Source: a virus
Strand: one strand, 5' to 3'
IMG/VR virus record: IMGVR_UViG_3300050343_000212
Length of the DNA stretch: 64,000 bases
Shown here: in pieces, positions 11,910-21,775 of the stretch
Layout: each line of letters opens with the position of its first letter
Position numbering within the stretch: position 1 is the stretch's first letter
Notes under the pieces: generated by a model
Seen by the model: the letters and a program-made list of their open reading frames with translations, nothing else
Databases searched by the model: none
Told to the model about the DNA's origin: nothing
Made by a program: the position numbers and the translations under genes

Positions 11910-12476
11910 TTAACAATCATTAAATACCGAACCAACAGTAGAACCAACACTAGAACCTACTCTACCACCTAAAAGTGACACCCAACCAGCTGCTAACCAT
12001 CCAACATATGGAATACCAATTACAGCAGGGACACCGACTCCAGCAGCAATACTAGTTCCTGCCATTGCACCTTGTGATCGTGCTCCAGCGTCCGCCACGA
12101 TACACTCGATTTCTTTTGCAGACTTTCCCTCGCCGTCTAATACAGCACCTCCTAGATTTCTAGTGCCGTCCATTGTGAATTGATCTTTACGCCATTCACG
12201 ACGACTCTCAGTACCACCACCAAAGAAACCTTTCTTATTCTTATCTGAGGATAATGACCTTTGAGATTCTAGGATGGCAGGATCGTTTGCTTTATATTCT
12301 ATACTATAACCTTCTTTACCTGCCTCAATTTTATATGAGGAATAATCTCCTCCAGGAAAATTAATAACTGGAGCTTCAGGTACTCTTGTGGCTTTAATTA
12401 TGTGCCCCAGAACACCGATGTGTGCTACAGCAACAACGCCACCAACTCCTAATGCAGTCCATTTAAAGAAGTTCAT
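11910..12476 (-). CDS. hypothetical protein with glycine-zipper-like C-terminus
   Basis: GAMAGTSIAAGVG..GSSVGSTVG. Confidence 0.7.
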   Translation of the reverse strand: MNFFKWTALGVGGVVAVAHIGVLGHIIKATRVPEAPVINFPGGDYSSYKIEAGKEGYSIEYKANDPAILESQRSLSSDKNKKGFFGGGTESRREWRKDQFTMDGTRNLGGAVLDGEGKSAKEIECIVADAGARSQGAMAGTSIAAGVGVPAVIGIPYVGWLAAGWVSLLGGRVGSSVGSTVGSVFNDC

Positions 12477-12480
12477 AAGT

Positions 12481-12951
12481 TTACACGGTAGGTTTTACGG
12501 GTGGTTCACCATCATTAGTGATGAACTTGATTGGTGCTTGTTCCACACGAATAGTTTGAGTAGGTGCTGTCTGTGATGCCTTCTCAATCAATCTTTCCAT
12601 CTGTTCTTTGGTGATACCAACACCACCACTAGAAGATCCATTACCATTTCCATTAGCACCTTTCTTTGCTGCCTGGACGCCAAAAGTAGCTAAAACTCCA
12701 GTGAAGACGCTGGCGATAAAAGTGGGATCTAGTTTTTGTTCTGGAATACCAAGTACTGGTGGTAACTGAATATACGCCAACGTGAGTATTCCCCCAGACC
12801 AGACAAGAATACCAAGCCTAACAAAAGTAGACAGAATGTCTAGTTGTTCTTCTTTGTCAGCGGCTGTCTCCTTGATTTTACCAAGAATACCTTTCTTTTT
12901 TTCGATGGGAGATGCTTTCTTCTCTTCCATATTAGGTGCTGGTGTAGGCAC
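12481..12951 (-). CDS. hypothetical membrane protein
   Basis: Two hydrophobic segments (ILVWSGGILTLAY, FIASVFTGVLATFG). Confidence 0.7.
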   Translation of the reverse strand: MPTPAPNMEEKKASPIEKKKGILGKIKETAADKEEQLDILSTFVRLGILVWSGGILTLAYIQLPPVLGIPEQKLDPTFIASVFTGVLATFGVQAAKKGANGNGNGSSSGGVGITKEQMERLIEKASQTAPTQTIRVEQAPIKFITNDGEPPVKPTV

Positions 12952-12965
12952 CAGTATTTATTGCA

Positions 12966-12989
12966 TAAAAAAGAGACCGTTAGGTCCCT
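12966..12989 (-). terminator. intrinsic terminator
   Basis: GGGACC-TAAC-GGTCTC plus T6. Confidence 0.7.
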
Positions 12990-13126
12990 GTTCCTTGATA
13001 TACTGGTGTCATTAGACCACCGTCTGGTGGTCCGTTGTCATCATCTTCAGTTTCAATCAAAAGTAACATAAAAAAGAACGGTGCTAATAAAAAAATAGTT
13101 GTCTGTGCCCATTCCATACTCATCAT
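12980..13126 (-). CDS. small hypothetical membrane protein
   Basis: MSMEWAQTTIFLLAPFFF..DDDNGPPDGGLMTPV. Confidence 0.55.
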   Translation of the reverse strand: MMSMEWAQTTIFLLAPFFFMLLLIETEDDDNGPPDGGLMTPVYQGTGT

Positions 13127-13187
13127 GATTTTCTGACTGCTGCTCCAATTGGAACTAGCAACAGCAGTGCTGCTACTAAAAAACCCA

Positions 13188-13295
13188 TCAAAAAATACCG
13201 GGGATGATTTGGCCTGTGGTTGCGTATGCACCCATGGCTGCTACAACACCAATCATGGCAGCCCAGCCATTAATTCTTTCTGCTCTTTCGTTCAT
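13188..13295 (-). CDS. hli: high-light inducible protein (35 aa, missed by the ORF track)
   Basis: MNERAERINGWAAMIGVVAAMGAYATTGQIIPGIF with AExxNGxxAMIG and TGQIIPGIF motifs. Confidence 0.93.
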   Translation of the reverse strand: MNERAERINGWAAMIGVVAAMGAYATTGQIIPGIF

Positions 13296-13500
13296 TAGTT
13301 TTCTCCTTAAATCCTTTTTGTTTGGTTTGTTTATCTAATACTTCTATATGTGATAGAAGTTGTTTACTTTGGAACCAGATTGCTCGAACCTGTTCATAGT
13401 CATCGAAGATATATGTTCTACCTGTTTTGGTATGAACCTTATACCTTTGTCGATCATATGGAAGATCTGAAGTTCTTTCAAACCAATCTGGTAAACTCAT
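13270..13500 (-). CDS. hypothetical protein
   Basis: 76-aa ORF. Confidence 0.6.
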   Translation of the reverse strand: MSLPDWFERTSDLPYDRQRYKVHTKTGRTYIFDDYEQVRAIWFQSKQLLSHIEVLDKQTKQKGFKEKTNERKSRKN

Positions 13501-13689
13501 TTTTCAATTTGTGTTTTGTTAATAATAAAGACCTTCTCACCGTCGTGAGTGAAAACTAATTCATCATCATTATCCCAACATAACTCTTCGAAAAGGGCAT
13601 TTAGTTTTTCCATGTCCTCATAGAGTTGGTTAGGGTTAGACATCATTCCATCCGGGCTACTTGTATTGTAGTTATAAGAATTTAATCTG

Positions 13690-13980
13690 TCAATACAGAT
13701 TTTCTTCTTGTTCCGTCAGGAGTGTCACATCTGATGTTGGATAAGCTACACAGGTTAATACAAATCCTTCTTCAATTTGATCATCATCAAGGAAGGATTG
13801 GTCACTTTGATCTACTGTACCTGATTCAATCTTGGTAGCACATGATGAACATGCGCCAGCTCTACAAGAATAAGGAAGATCAATTCCAGCCTCTTCAGCT
13901 GCGTCTAAAATGTATTGATCAGATTCGACTTGAATTGTCTCTTCACCATCAGGTGTCTTAAGTACAACGGTGTAGGCCAT
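13690..13980 (-). CDS. petF: plant-type [2Fe-2S] ferredoxin
   Basis: [13 protein letters not shown] and FVLTCVAYP. Confidence 0.97.
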   Translation of the reverse strand: MAYTVVLKTPDGEETIQVESDQYILDAAEEAGIDLPYSCRAGACSSCATKIESGTVDQSDQSFLDDDQIEEGFVLTCVAYPTSDVTLLTEQEENLY

Positions 13981-14015
13981 AGTTATTTTTTATGTTTGAC
14001 AATATAATTTATATC

Positions 14016-14044
14016 ATTGTAACCAATGATGTACCAATTGTCAA
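14016..14044 (-). promoter_or_regulatory. sigma70-type promoter for petF
   Basis: TTGACA-17-TACAAT. Confidence 0.7.
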
Positions 14045-14050
14045 GAAATG

Positions 14051-14269
14051 TCAGAATCCGAAGACCCCAAAGAAAAATACACTACCACTGACACTATAAG
14101 AAACAATAGCAGCAACAAATCCAAGCATAGCAGTGCGTCCATTTAATTTCTCTGCTTTTTCTGCATATGACTCATAACCGTAACGTTCCGCATCAGTTTG
14201 TGAAATATACATTTGGGGTTCTCTGGCGAACAGGTTTTGCTGTCCACGATCGTTTGTTGTTACAGTCAC
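14051..14269 (-). CDS. hli: high-light inducible protein (long type)
   Basis: AEKLNGRTAMLGF motif. Confidence 0.92.
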   Translation of the reverse strand: MTVTTNDRGQQNLFAREPQMYISQTDAERYGYESYAEKAEKLNGRTAMLGFVAAIVSYSVSGSVFFFGVFGF

Positions 14270-14296
14270 GATACACTCCGTAATGTTTCTTTACAT

Positions 14297-14325
14297 ACTA
14301 TATAGGAAATATAAAGTTTTGTCAA
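14297..14325 (-). promoter_or_regulatory. sigma70-type promoter for hli
   Basis: TTGACA-17-TATAGT. Confidence 0.7.
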
Positions 14326-14330
14326 GTCCC

Positions 14331-14522
14331 TTACCAGTCACGGTTGTACGTGCATTTCTTTGGATGTTTGCTGCACCACTGCAGGACATACGAGTCAGCA
14401 TCTACTTCCATAGAATAGTGAGCATGGTTATGAAGCATCCCTATAAGAACAAGTAATGTGATAGTAATCAGATTATAGTGGAAGGCAGGATGAGTAATGA
14501 GTTTTGTAAAATAATTTCTCAT
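14331..14522 (-). CDS. hypothetical protein
   Basis: 63-aa ORF with hydrophobic segment. Confidence 0.55.
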   Translation of the reverse strand: MRNYFTKLITHPAFHYNLITITLLVLIGMLHNHAHYSMEVDADSYVLQWCSKHPKKCTYNRDW

Positions 14523-14587
14523 AAAAAAAGGGGATGCCGTCGCACCCCCAGTATAACATCTAGATATTTACTTGTCTATATGAACAA

Positions 14588-14959
14588 TCAGAAGTTGTAC
14601 TTGACGCCCAACTTACCTGCATAACCACGGTCAAGATCTTCGTCGCCTGAACCTACGAAGGATACTTCACCATAACCGCTGAGGTTCTCAGTCAAACCAA
14701 GACCCAGACCTGCCTTACCGGAAGGAACGGTATCAGCATCACCACCATCGGGAGTCAGTACAGTAGCACCGCCCTGAACGTAGTAAGAACCAGCGTCACC
14801 CAGTGCGCCTTCATATCCTACGTGGAGGTCTGTTCCTGCACCGTTGTACTCAGATCCAGTCCAACCAGCATTGGTTTCGACGTTAACGTAGGGACCTGCA
14901 AGGGCAGCGCCAGCAGAAGTGAACAGAGCAGCAGTTGCTGCGAATACAGATTTAAACAT
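14588..14959 (-). CDS. DUF680-like small secreted/outer-membrane beta protein
   Basis: Signal peptide, AGPYVNVETNAG, YVQGG, and terminal GVKYNF. Confidence 0.7.
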   Translation of the reverse strand: MFKSVFAATAALFTSAGAALAGPYVNVETNAGWTGSEYNGAGTDLHVGYEGALGDAGSYYVQGGATVLTPDGGDADTVPSGKAGLGLGLTENLSGYGEVSFVGSGDEDLDRGYAGKLGVKYNF

Positions 14960-15143
14960 TTGTTTTACCTTTTTGTCTCGTAGAGTTTAACCTACGGATG
15001 AAAAGAGACTCGACTAGTCTCTGTTTGTTTGAACGATATGCCCCCAACCTAAGTGATGCGAGGGTAGGGCACTGTTGAAAAAAATCTTGTGAGGAATTAT
15101 CGTCTCACAATATTATTTATTATAGTAATTAGTTACTAAACCG

Positions 15144-15941
15144 TCAACCTTGTGTTGGTTGATGGGAGGATTCCACTACTCTTCCAAAATAAGGATCAAA
15201 GTTCATTAGTTCCTCAATGGTCATCTGTGCTCCGGTATTAGACCAGAAGTTAAATTGTGCATTGAAGTTATGCTTATGAAAAGCATCAACATGATCAGGA
15301 TGAATACTGGATCCCAATTCAATCTTATACAGAAGAAGTGGGATAGAGTAGGTGTTACCAGAGTTGTAGATGAGATCATCAGCTACAGGTCTTGGGCGTA
15401 CACCATTATCTAATTTGTACTTGTCTCCTCTTGTATGAAGTCTTAGTAACTTCATAGCGTGATGTCTAGTGATTAGATAACAAGCTGTAGAGAACTCATT
15501 CACGAACCTTTTATGGATCTTGATATTGATGTCACCAGTACAGATGATAGCGATTTGGACAACGTCCCAATCATAAGGAATCCTACCATAGAAATCTTTC
15601 CATGTAAAGTTCCAGAACTTTACCAGATCGAGACTACAATCATCTTCCATGATGACAGCATAGGGATCGTCTGTCTCCTCCACGAAATGTCGGAGAGCCT
15701 TAAGATGTGACGTTACACACCCCACCTCACCAGAACTCATCATATCAGGGTAACGACCCTTCAGAATCTCTCCTAGGTCACTTTCACGACCGTCATAAGC
15801 AGAGATACGGGTATAATTCTCAATCTCCCAGTATTTAAACTGGTTCTCCATGAATTCCCATCTCTCTGGTTGCCCATCTAGATTAAGACAATAGATAGGT
15901 CCAATGCCCTTGAGTTTATAAACTGACTTGTTCCTGTCCAT
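15144..15941 (-). CDS. glycosyltransferase family 25
   Basis: IYCLNLD, RISAYDGR, GEVGCVTSH, IMEDD; likely start MDRNK. Confidence 0.88.
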   Translation of the reverse strand: MDRNKSVYKLKGIGPIYCLNLDGQPERWEFMENQFKYWEIENYTRISAYDGRESDLGEILKGRYPDMMSSGEVGCVTSHLKALRHFVEETDDPYAVIMEDDCSLDLVKFWNFTWKDFYGRIPYDWDVVQIAIICTGDINIKIHKRFVNEFSTACYLITRHHAMKLLRLHTRGDKYKLDNGVRPRPVADDLIYNSGNTYSIPLLLYKIELGSSIHPDHVDAFHKHNFNAQFNFWSNTGAQMTIEELMNFDPYFGRVVESSHQPTQG

Positions 15942-16752
15942 TGATACGTTGTTTGTAATAATCTTGGGATGTAATATATTCTCGGAGTGTTTCGGAATCC
16001 ATCTTCTGGACTCTACTCCACTCTTCATTATTCTCAGTCATATGGGGGTTAGTGAACCAAGAGTTGGGTGTCCTCTCATGTTCTAGATGATAGACCATAG
16101 AATTCAACCTTCCAACATTATACCCCAGAGTACCAAACCTGTAAAATCTTTCAACATCTTCTGGAGCATATGCAATAAAGTTCTCATTCTCCAACCCACC
16201 TTCAATATAGACATCGCGATTAAAGAACTGACAGAACCCGTACTTAGCATCATACTTAGTAGATTTCTTTCTAAGGATAGAAAAATCAAATTCTTCAGTC
16301 AGGAATTCAGATACAAGTTCATCATCAGCCATAACACGATACTGGTAATCACCATCACCATATGGATACACTACATCAGATTCTTTGTCGAGAATAGTGT
16401 TATATGCACTTAGATAAGACTCTACAGGGAGAAGGATATCACAATCATAGTTGACCACAATTTCAGTTTCACTCTCCATGATCATGTCATTTAGGATAGA
16501 CTGACGATGGAATGTTTGTGATTCGGAGAATACAAACTGATGAATGAGACCTTTGATATCACCACAAAATTCAATGATCTGAGGTAGTGCCTCTTCAACA
16601 AATATAGAACGGTCATCAACCTCTCTAAGAATGATAGTAGTATCAAAATTTGATAACAAATAACAAACTGAAGTGATGACATTCCTAAGTCTATCGTCTG
16701 ACTCAATTCTGACAGGAATAATAAAAGTTGCTTTAGTTAAGTCATGTTTCAT
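15916..16752 (-). CDS. GT-A glycosyltransferase with GT7/galactosyltransferase-type C-terminal domain
   Basis: FIIPVR, YDCD (DxD) and GGLENENFIAYAPED. Confidence 0.8.
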   Translation of the reverse strand: MKHDLTKATFIIPVRIESDDRLRNVITSVCYLLSNFDTTIILREVDDRSIFVEEALPQIIEFCGDIKGLIHQFVFSESQTFHRQSILNDMIMESETEIVVNYDCDILLPVESYLSAYNTILDKESDVVYPYGDGDYQYRVMADDELVSEFLTEEFDFSILRKKSTKYDAKYGFCQFFNRDVYIEGGLENENFIAYAPEDVERFYRFGTLGYNVGRLNSMVYHLEHERTPNSWFTNPHMTENNEEWSRVQKMDSETLREYITSQDYYKQRINGQEQVSL

Positions 16753-17494
16753 CTGGGTACTCCCTTGTGTCTTTATTTTTCTCCAAAACGTAATCCAATT
16801 CTTCTTTGTTTACTAACCATGGGCCCTCAGGGTGTTCAATTCTAGTATCATATTGGACACTAGATGAACTTACACGATTGTCATGTTCCCGATTCGATGT
16901 CAAGACATCAGATATAATGTACGGCATTCCATAATTATATCGCATCCTATGGTAAAAGTCAGTATCCATAAGAAGAACCAACTTTTCATCAAATTTAACA
17001 AACTTATCAGTCAAAAATGAGACACAAGATGGACTACCTAATAAGTTTCTACCCTCCAACATCATGTCAGTCCACTCAGGAACCTTCATTCTTGCATGGG
17101 TAAATCCATCCTTAGTATGTGCAAAACCATTGAAACACCAACTGTGTCCCTTTTCAAAGGAACTAATGATATAATTCAATGCCCAAGGATCTATAAAGAG
17201 ATCATCCTGAAACATAAGTTTAGTGATCTTACCCTCACACATCTCCACAACAGAGTTTGTATTAGAGGGCCCATTACCTCTGTCCTTTTCATTCTTAAAG
17301 TATTGGATTTTAAAATTATCAGCGAACTCTCCACAAACATTTAATACTTCATCGTTCTGAGAGTGATCAGAGATACAAACTTCAAAGTTCTTATACTTCT
17401 GATTCTTTATACTTTCAAATAACTGATAAAGATACTGAGACCCTGAACCCTTCATCTCATATGTAGGAATAGCAATTGAAATGGTAGGACTCAT
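16742..17494 (-). CDS. glycosyltransferase family 2
   Basis: ISIAIPTYE, EVCISDHS, MFQDD, LLGSPS. Confidence 0.88.
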   Translation of the reverse strand: MSPTISIAIPTYEMKGSGSQYLYQLFESIKNQKYKNFEVCISDHSQNDEVLNVCGEFADNFKIQYFKNEKDRGNGPSNTNSVVEMCEGKITKLMFQDDLFIDPWALNYIISSFEKGHSWCFNGFAHTKDGFTHARMKVPEWTDMMLEGRNLLGSPSCVSFLTDKFVKFDEKLVLLMDTDFYHRMRYNYGMPYIISDVLTSNREHDNRVSSSSVQYDTRIEHPEGPWLVNKEELDYVLEKNKDTREYPDET

Positions 17495-18282
17495 ATTTTA
17501 GTCCATCTTTTGGGAACAATATCTTCAGTATTATTAGAAGCAGTATAACCATTAGTACCGAACCATCTCTTAGGTGCAATGACCTTAGGATCTGGGTTGC
17601 GACTCAACCATGCACCCCACCACGAGAATGAACTATTAGCGATAATATAGTCATCACAAAGAGTCATCATACACATATCATAGACATTATCCTCAGTCTC
17701 AGAGACCATAAACCTATCTGGTTGAAAGATCTCTTGACTCTTACACCATTCAATATCATCAGTGAAGATGACAACAGGTCTCTTTACATCAAATTTACTC
17801 AATGCCTCCTGATAGTACTCAAGACTACACGGCGGGTGATCTTGTGACTTCTCAACATAATCAGTCCTACGAACATGAAGAGCAATAGGTTCAGTAACCT
17901 CTTCCATCACTTCCTTACAGTTGGCAATCACATCATCTTTGAATGTGAAGTCCTCTCGGATTGAGTCAGCAATTTTATTGAAGTATCGTTCTGTTTGAAA
18001 GTAACCATATAGGCTAATGTCATCAGGACATTTATCAAAAAGTTCTGGATCAAAGTTAAATTGTTTTTCTTGCAGATACTTATCAGCAACTTTACCCCTG
18101 TTCTTTAGGTGAGGCATCGTGAAAACATCAAATAGTTGATGATCATTCCATTCATCTTCGAAATCACTTTCAGGGATAGTGAAATCATATCCTCTATTGT
18201 GTGCAATACCTCTAAGAGTTGCATATTGGAACATCTGATTTCCCAGTCTTCCAATGATACCAAGGTGATTAAAACCAATCAT
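17491..18282 (-). CDS. glycosyltransferase family 11 (alpha-1,2-fucosyltransferase-like)
   Basis: GRLGNQMFQYA, GYFQ, LHVRRTDY, IIANSSFSWWGAWL. Confidence 0.93.
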   Translation of the reverse strand: MIGFNHLGIIGRLGNQMFQYATLRGIAHNRGYDFTIPESDFEDEWNDHQLFDVFTMPHLKNRGKVADKYLQEKQFNFDPELFDKCPDDISLYGYFQTERYFNKIADSIREDFTFKDDVIANCKEVMEEVTEPIALHVRRTDYVEKSQDHPPCSLEYYQEALSKFDVKRPVVIFTDDIEWCKSQEIFQPDRFMVSETEDNVYDMCMMTLCDDYIIANSSFSWWGAWLSRNPDPKVIAPKRWFGTNGYTASNNTEDIVPKRWTKI

Positions 18283-19145
18283 AATAATTTTAAAATGTTG
18301 TTGACACGGTTAACATAAGTGTGTTTGTCCTTAATGAACTGCATGGCCTCCCTCATATTAATACTACCGTTCTTCTCTGCCTGGACAAGGTTATTATAGA
18401 GAGTCTCTGGAGTACCACCGAAAACTACATAATCACCAAAGGATTCCTTGATGAATGGTGAGTTTGTTCCTGTAACTCTACCATAACTGATGTTTTTTTG
18501 AATACGACAGGGGATATAACCACACTGAAGATGCCAGTCACTTCTAAAATCTGGACAGACATAAGAATCACGAATCAATCTACGATTATCTGAGTGTTCG
18601 ATTGATTGGGTATATAGTTCAATTTGTTTACCATCTTTTTCTGCATAATATGCAAAGTTTTCAAGCCAATAAGGACCCTGTTCATACATCATCCCCACAT
18701 AGTTAATGTTTTTCTTTGATGGATCAAACTTCTCATAGTTATCAACATCAATTTCATGAGGTAAAAGATCTGTTCCCCATGTTTGATAGAGAGTTCTGGT
18801 TGATTCATCCCAGTGACAAAGGTCTTCTACTTTCTCAAAATCAACTGTATTACGAATACAGTTACCAAGTTTCAATACGTTCTCATATGGTATACCATTG
18901 TCAGTAAAATACTTTGTATCAATATGATGAGTGATATACTTACAATCTTTCCTGAGAGGCATATTGGACTTTTGTGAATCCTCCACAAAGAACACCGTAT
19001 CAGTATAGTCAAGGTGGTGTGTATATTCATTGGACACCCACTTCACATCATGACCCAAGTGTTCAAAGGTTTTGAAGTATGTGTCATGAATATATCCATG
19101 TGTGGACGTGTGGATGGGGTAATGTCCCCAGATAATAATCTTCAT
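18279..19145 (-). CDS. putative glycosyltransferase (GT-B-like)
   Basis: Island context; YIPCRIQKNISYG and HTYVNRV resemble GT-B C-terminal segments. Confidence 0.5.
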   Translation of the reverse strand: MKIIIWGHYPIHTSTHGYIHDTYFKTFEHLGHDVKWVSNEYTHHLDYTDTVFFVEDSQKSNMPLRKDCKYITHHIDTKYFTDNGIPYENVLKLGNCIRNTVDFEKVEDLCHWDESTRTLYQTWGTDLLPHEIDVDNYEKFDPSKKNINYVGMMYEQGPYWLENFAYYAEKDGKQIELYTQSIEHSDNRRLIRDSYVCPDFRSDWHLQCGYIPCRIQKNISYGRVTGTNSPFIKESFGDYVVFGGTPETLYNNLVQAEKNGSINMREAMQFIKDKHTYVNRVNNILKLL

Positions 19146-19834
19146 AAAACAGTTCCCGCAGGGAGATGATAATGGAATCCAAATGGGGTGATACCCCTAG
19201 TTTCTGGTACAGGTTTCTCATGAGCAAACCTGGCAGCAACAGTAACAGGTGCAAACTTACAACCTAATACCTCGTATATATGTTTGTTGTGGACACAGAT
19301 ACATCCATCTTCTGCGGTATTGTTAGCACCCATATGTTTATAGAAGTCCCCCCAGTTCACATCAAAATGAACATAGGCATGTTGTGGTACTTCTAATAAT
19401 TTCTTTGACCTGAGGGTAAATCCACCATTACCAACTCTTTGGTGGCCACCCCAAGGGTCAATATATGCCCCATCAGAGTGTTCCCATGGAGCTCCAATGT
19501 AGTCATACTCTAGCCATAATGGGTCCCACTTTACAGGGTTAATAATAAACCCATCAGCCTGGATAGTAATACAGTGAGTTGTATCTACATGTTTCTGTAG
19601 ATCATAGATCATATAGTGACTATACTCATCAATAGAAGTAATCTTTGAACACTTCTCTACAGTGATACCTGCGTCTTCAAAGTCAGGACGATCCTGATCT
19701 GATACAAGTTTAACATCACCAAAACGAATACCCTGCATGCTCTTACGAAAAGCATACAGGGTCTGTTCAAAATTTACACTGGATACACAGATAAGTGTTA
19801 CATCAGGTAAATCAATCATTGAAGACTCCTTCAC
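19142..19834 (-). CDS. DUF5672-like putative glycosyltransferase
   Basis: IQADG, YDYIGAPW, VGNGGFTLRSKKLL, AEDG, FGFH. Confidence 0.8.
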   Translation of the reverse strand: MKESSMIDLPDVTLICVSSVNFEQTLYAFRKSMQGIRFGDVKLVSDQDRPDFEDAGITVEKCSKITSIDEYSHYMIYDLQKHVDTTHCITIQADGFIINPVKWDPLWLEYDYIGAPWEHSDGAYIDPWGGHQRVGNGGFTLRSKKLLEVPQHAYVHFDVNWGDFYKHMGANNTAEDGCICVHNKHIYEVLGCKFAPVTVAARFAHEKPVPETRGITPFGFHYHLPAGTVL

Positions 19835-20813
19835 TCAATAGTTTAGTGAAAGCCTCAGTCTTCTTTGAATTGTAAACGCTATTAGCCCATGCCATATAGT
19901 TACTACCAGCTTTGTAGTGAAAGATAAAAGACTCCTTTATTGTATCATCTTTTTCCAATTTTAGGAAGTCCACGAAGGTTGGTTTAGGAAATCCAGTTTT
20001 GTTAGTCTCATTGATAATATCAATGAAGTTATCAGAGAAGTAATCCCAGTAATTATCTCTGGGTGATTGATGGTCAAAAGTATTGTGGTCACTAGCTTGT
20101 CTGTTCTTGACATCGATACTCATCTCTTCAAGATTGATGAAGAACTGGGCACAACCATTCACATTAACTTCAATTTCATCACCCCTATCATCAAGGACGC
20201 CCCATTGTTCAATATTGAGTGTCCTTAGTTGGTTCTGATACTTCTTAAGATAGTGATGACCCTGTCCACCAACGTCAACTCTTTCTCCAAGAACCTCACC
20301 ACAACCCCAATCCATCTCTTCAGGATTAGGCATGTTGGGAATATCAGCAATAAAGAAACCATTCCAGGGGTAATGTACCCTGTGATCATTCCCCCTATAC
20401 GCATGAACAATACCAAAGTTATTATTACCCATCATCTCCTTGAAACTGACATCCTTAATGAGGAACATGTCAGAATCAATGTTGATAACAAGGTCATCAT
20501 GTTTAGTCATGTAGTTAATCCAAGCCCACTGGGTGGGATAAGAACATGCTAGATTGGCATTTGCATATTGGTCACCTGTGAAGTTTACCTCACCATGAGA
20601 TACCCTCATCGATGGATCCAGGATAACCTTGAGAGATTCAACCCCAAGTGACTCACAGATACTATCAATCTCTGCAGTCCTCTCAACACTATCTACGGCA
20701 TTGTTGATGACAATGTACTCAAAGTCATCAGTCACATGTTTCTTGATCGTCTCGTACTGAAGATTAATAAAGTCAGGTCTCTTGTCAGACAGAGTGTAAA
20801 TTTTAATAGTCAT
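19812..20813 (-). CDS. putative GT-A fold glycosyltransferase
   Basis: IDSDMF (DxD) motif; island context. Confidence 0.55.
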   Translation of the reverse strand: MTIKIYTLSDKRPDFINLQYETIKKHVTDDFEYIVINNAVDSVERTAEIDSICESLGVESLKVILDPSMRVSHGEVNFTGDQYANANLACSYPTQWAWINYMTKHDDLVINIDSDMFLIKDVSFKEMMGNNNFGIVHAYRGNDHRVHYPWNGFFIADIPNMPNPEEMDWGCGEVLGERVDVGGQGHHYLKKYQNQLRTLNIEQWGVLDDRGDEIEVNVNGCAQFFINLEEMSIDVKNRQASDHNTFDHQSPRDNYWDYFSDNFIDIINETNKTGFPKPTFVDFLKLEKDDTIKESFIFHYKAGSNYMAWANSVYNSKKTEAFTKLLSEGVFND

Positions 20814-21775
20814 CGTGTGCGCTTATAGAATTGTTTGGACTCTTTGAACATCTCATATTCAATCTTACAGTCGGTTCCTGTCATCAAATCACCTTGACGA
20901 TCCAACCAGTACCACTCATCAACGATAGATTCGTCAGGTCTCCACCAACCATTAGAATTTTTCCAATCGAACCAATATCTTGGAGCAATAACATCACACT
21001 CTTTATTGGTCCAAACAGGCCAGAAAGAAAAAGTGGATGCGGAAATGATTGCGTTCTTTGATGTATTGAGGATAGAGTAGTCAATACCAACAGGACCACC
21101 TGGGTACTTGTACCACCCAATACTTCCCTGGTATGGATCCTTCTCCTCCATGATTGCAGAACCAACAACCTCAGCAAAAGGAATGAACTTCCTTGCACTC
21201 TCTGCATCATCAGTAACACAAACAAACTTCATGTTTGGATTCTTCTCTAACATGTGTTTTGCTGCATTCTGATAATACTCAGGAGGGAGCCAAGATGCAC
21301 CAGTGAGATAGTCACCACCCCGGAACTGAATTACGCAAATATTTTCAGAAGAATACTGAGTAATCTTTTCATCATAGTCCAACCACTTGATGATATCATC
21401 ACGATACTCCTTGATGTATCCCATCTTCTGGAAACATCCTTCAACTTTTGTATTATCTGAAAGATTGTTCCACAGATTGTCATCAAAAAACATCACCTCC
21501 TCTCCACCGAGATAGGGAGGATAACGTTCATCACGTTCCTTGTAGTAGTTTTCAATCCCCTCTGGTAGGGTTTCAGGGGGCCCTCCTTCTGGACCCGAAC
21601 CACCCACAACTTCCTTACCAAAATCGAAGTTTGTCATGAAGGCACATGCCTTGAATGGGTTGGACTTCTTTACTCCCCACTCATAACCATTTTTTTCTGC
21701 AAGAATTCTAGGAACAACCAGATTCCACAATTGGTTTCCGAGTCCAGAACCACTATAAAGTTCAGATACAATCAT
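20810..21775 (-). CDS. second glycosyltransferase family 11-like protein
   Basis: GSGLGNQLW, EGCFQ, QFRGGDY, IISASTFSFWPVW. Confidence 0.82.
   Translation of the reverse strand: MIVSELYSGSGLGNQLWNLVVPRILAEKNGYEWGVKKSNPFKACAFMTNFDFGKEVVGGSGPEGGPPETLPEGIENYYKERDERYPPYLGGEEVMFFDDNLWNNLSDNTKVEGCFQKMGYIKEYRDDIIKWLDYDEKITQYSSENICVIQFRGGDYLTGASWLPPEYYQNAAKHMLEKNPNMKFVCVTDDAESARKFIPFAEVVGSAIMEEKDPYQGSIGWYKYPGGPVGIDYSILNTSKNAIISASTFSFWPVWTNKECDVIAPRYWFDWKNSNGWWRPDESIVDEWYWLDRQGDLMTGTDCKIEYEMFKESKQFYKRTR

Noticed and set aside
14990-15040. Glutamine (glnA) riboswitch, suggested by ATCGTTCA
   Set aside because: The complementary GAACG strand and conserved junction are missing
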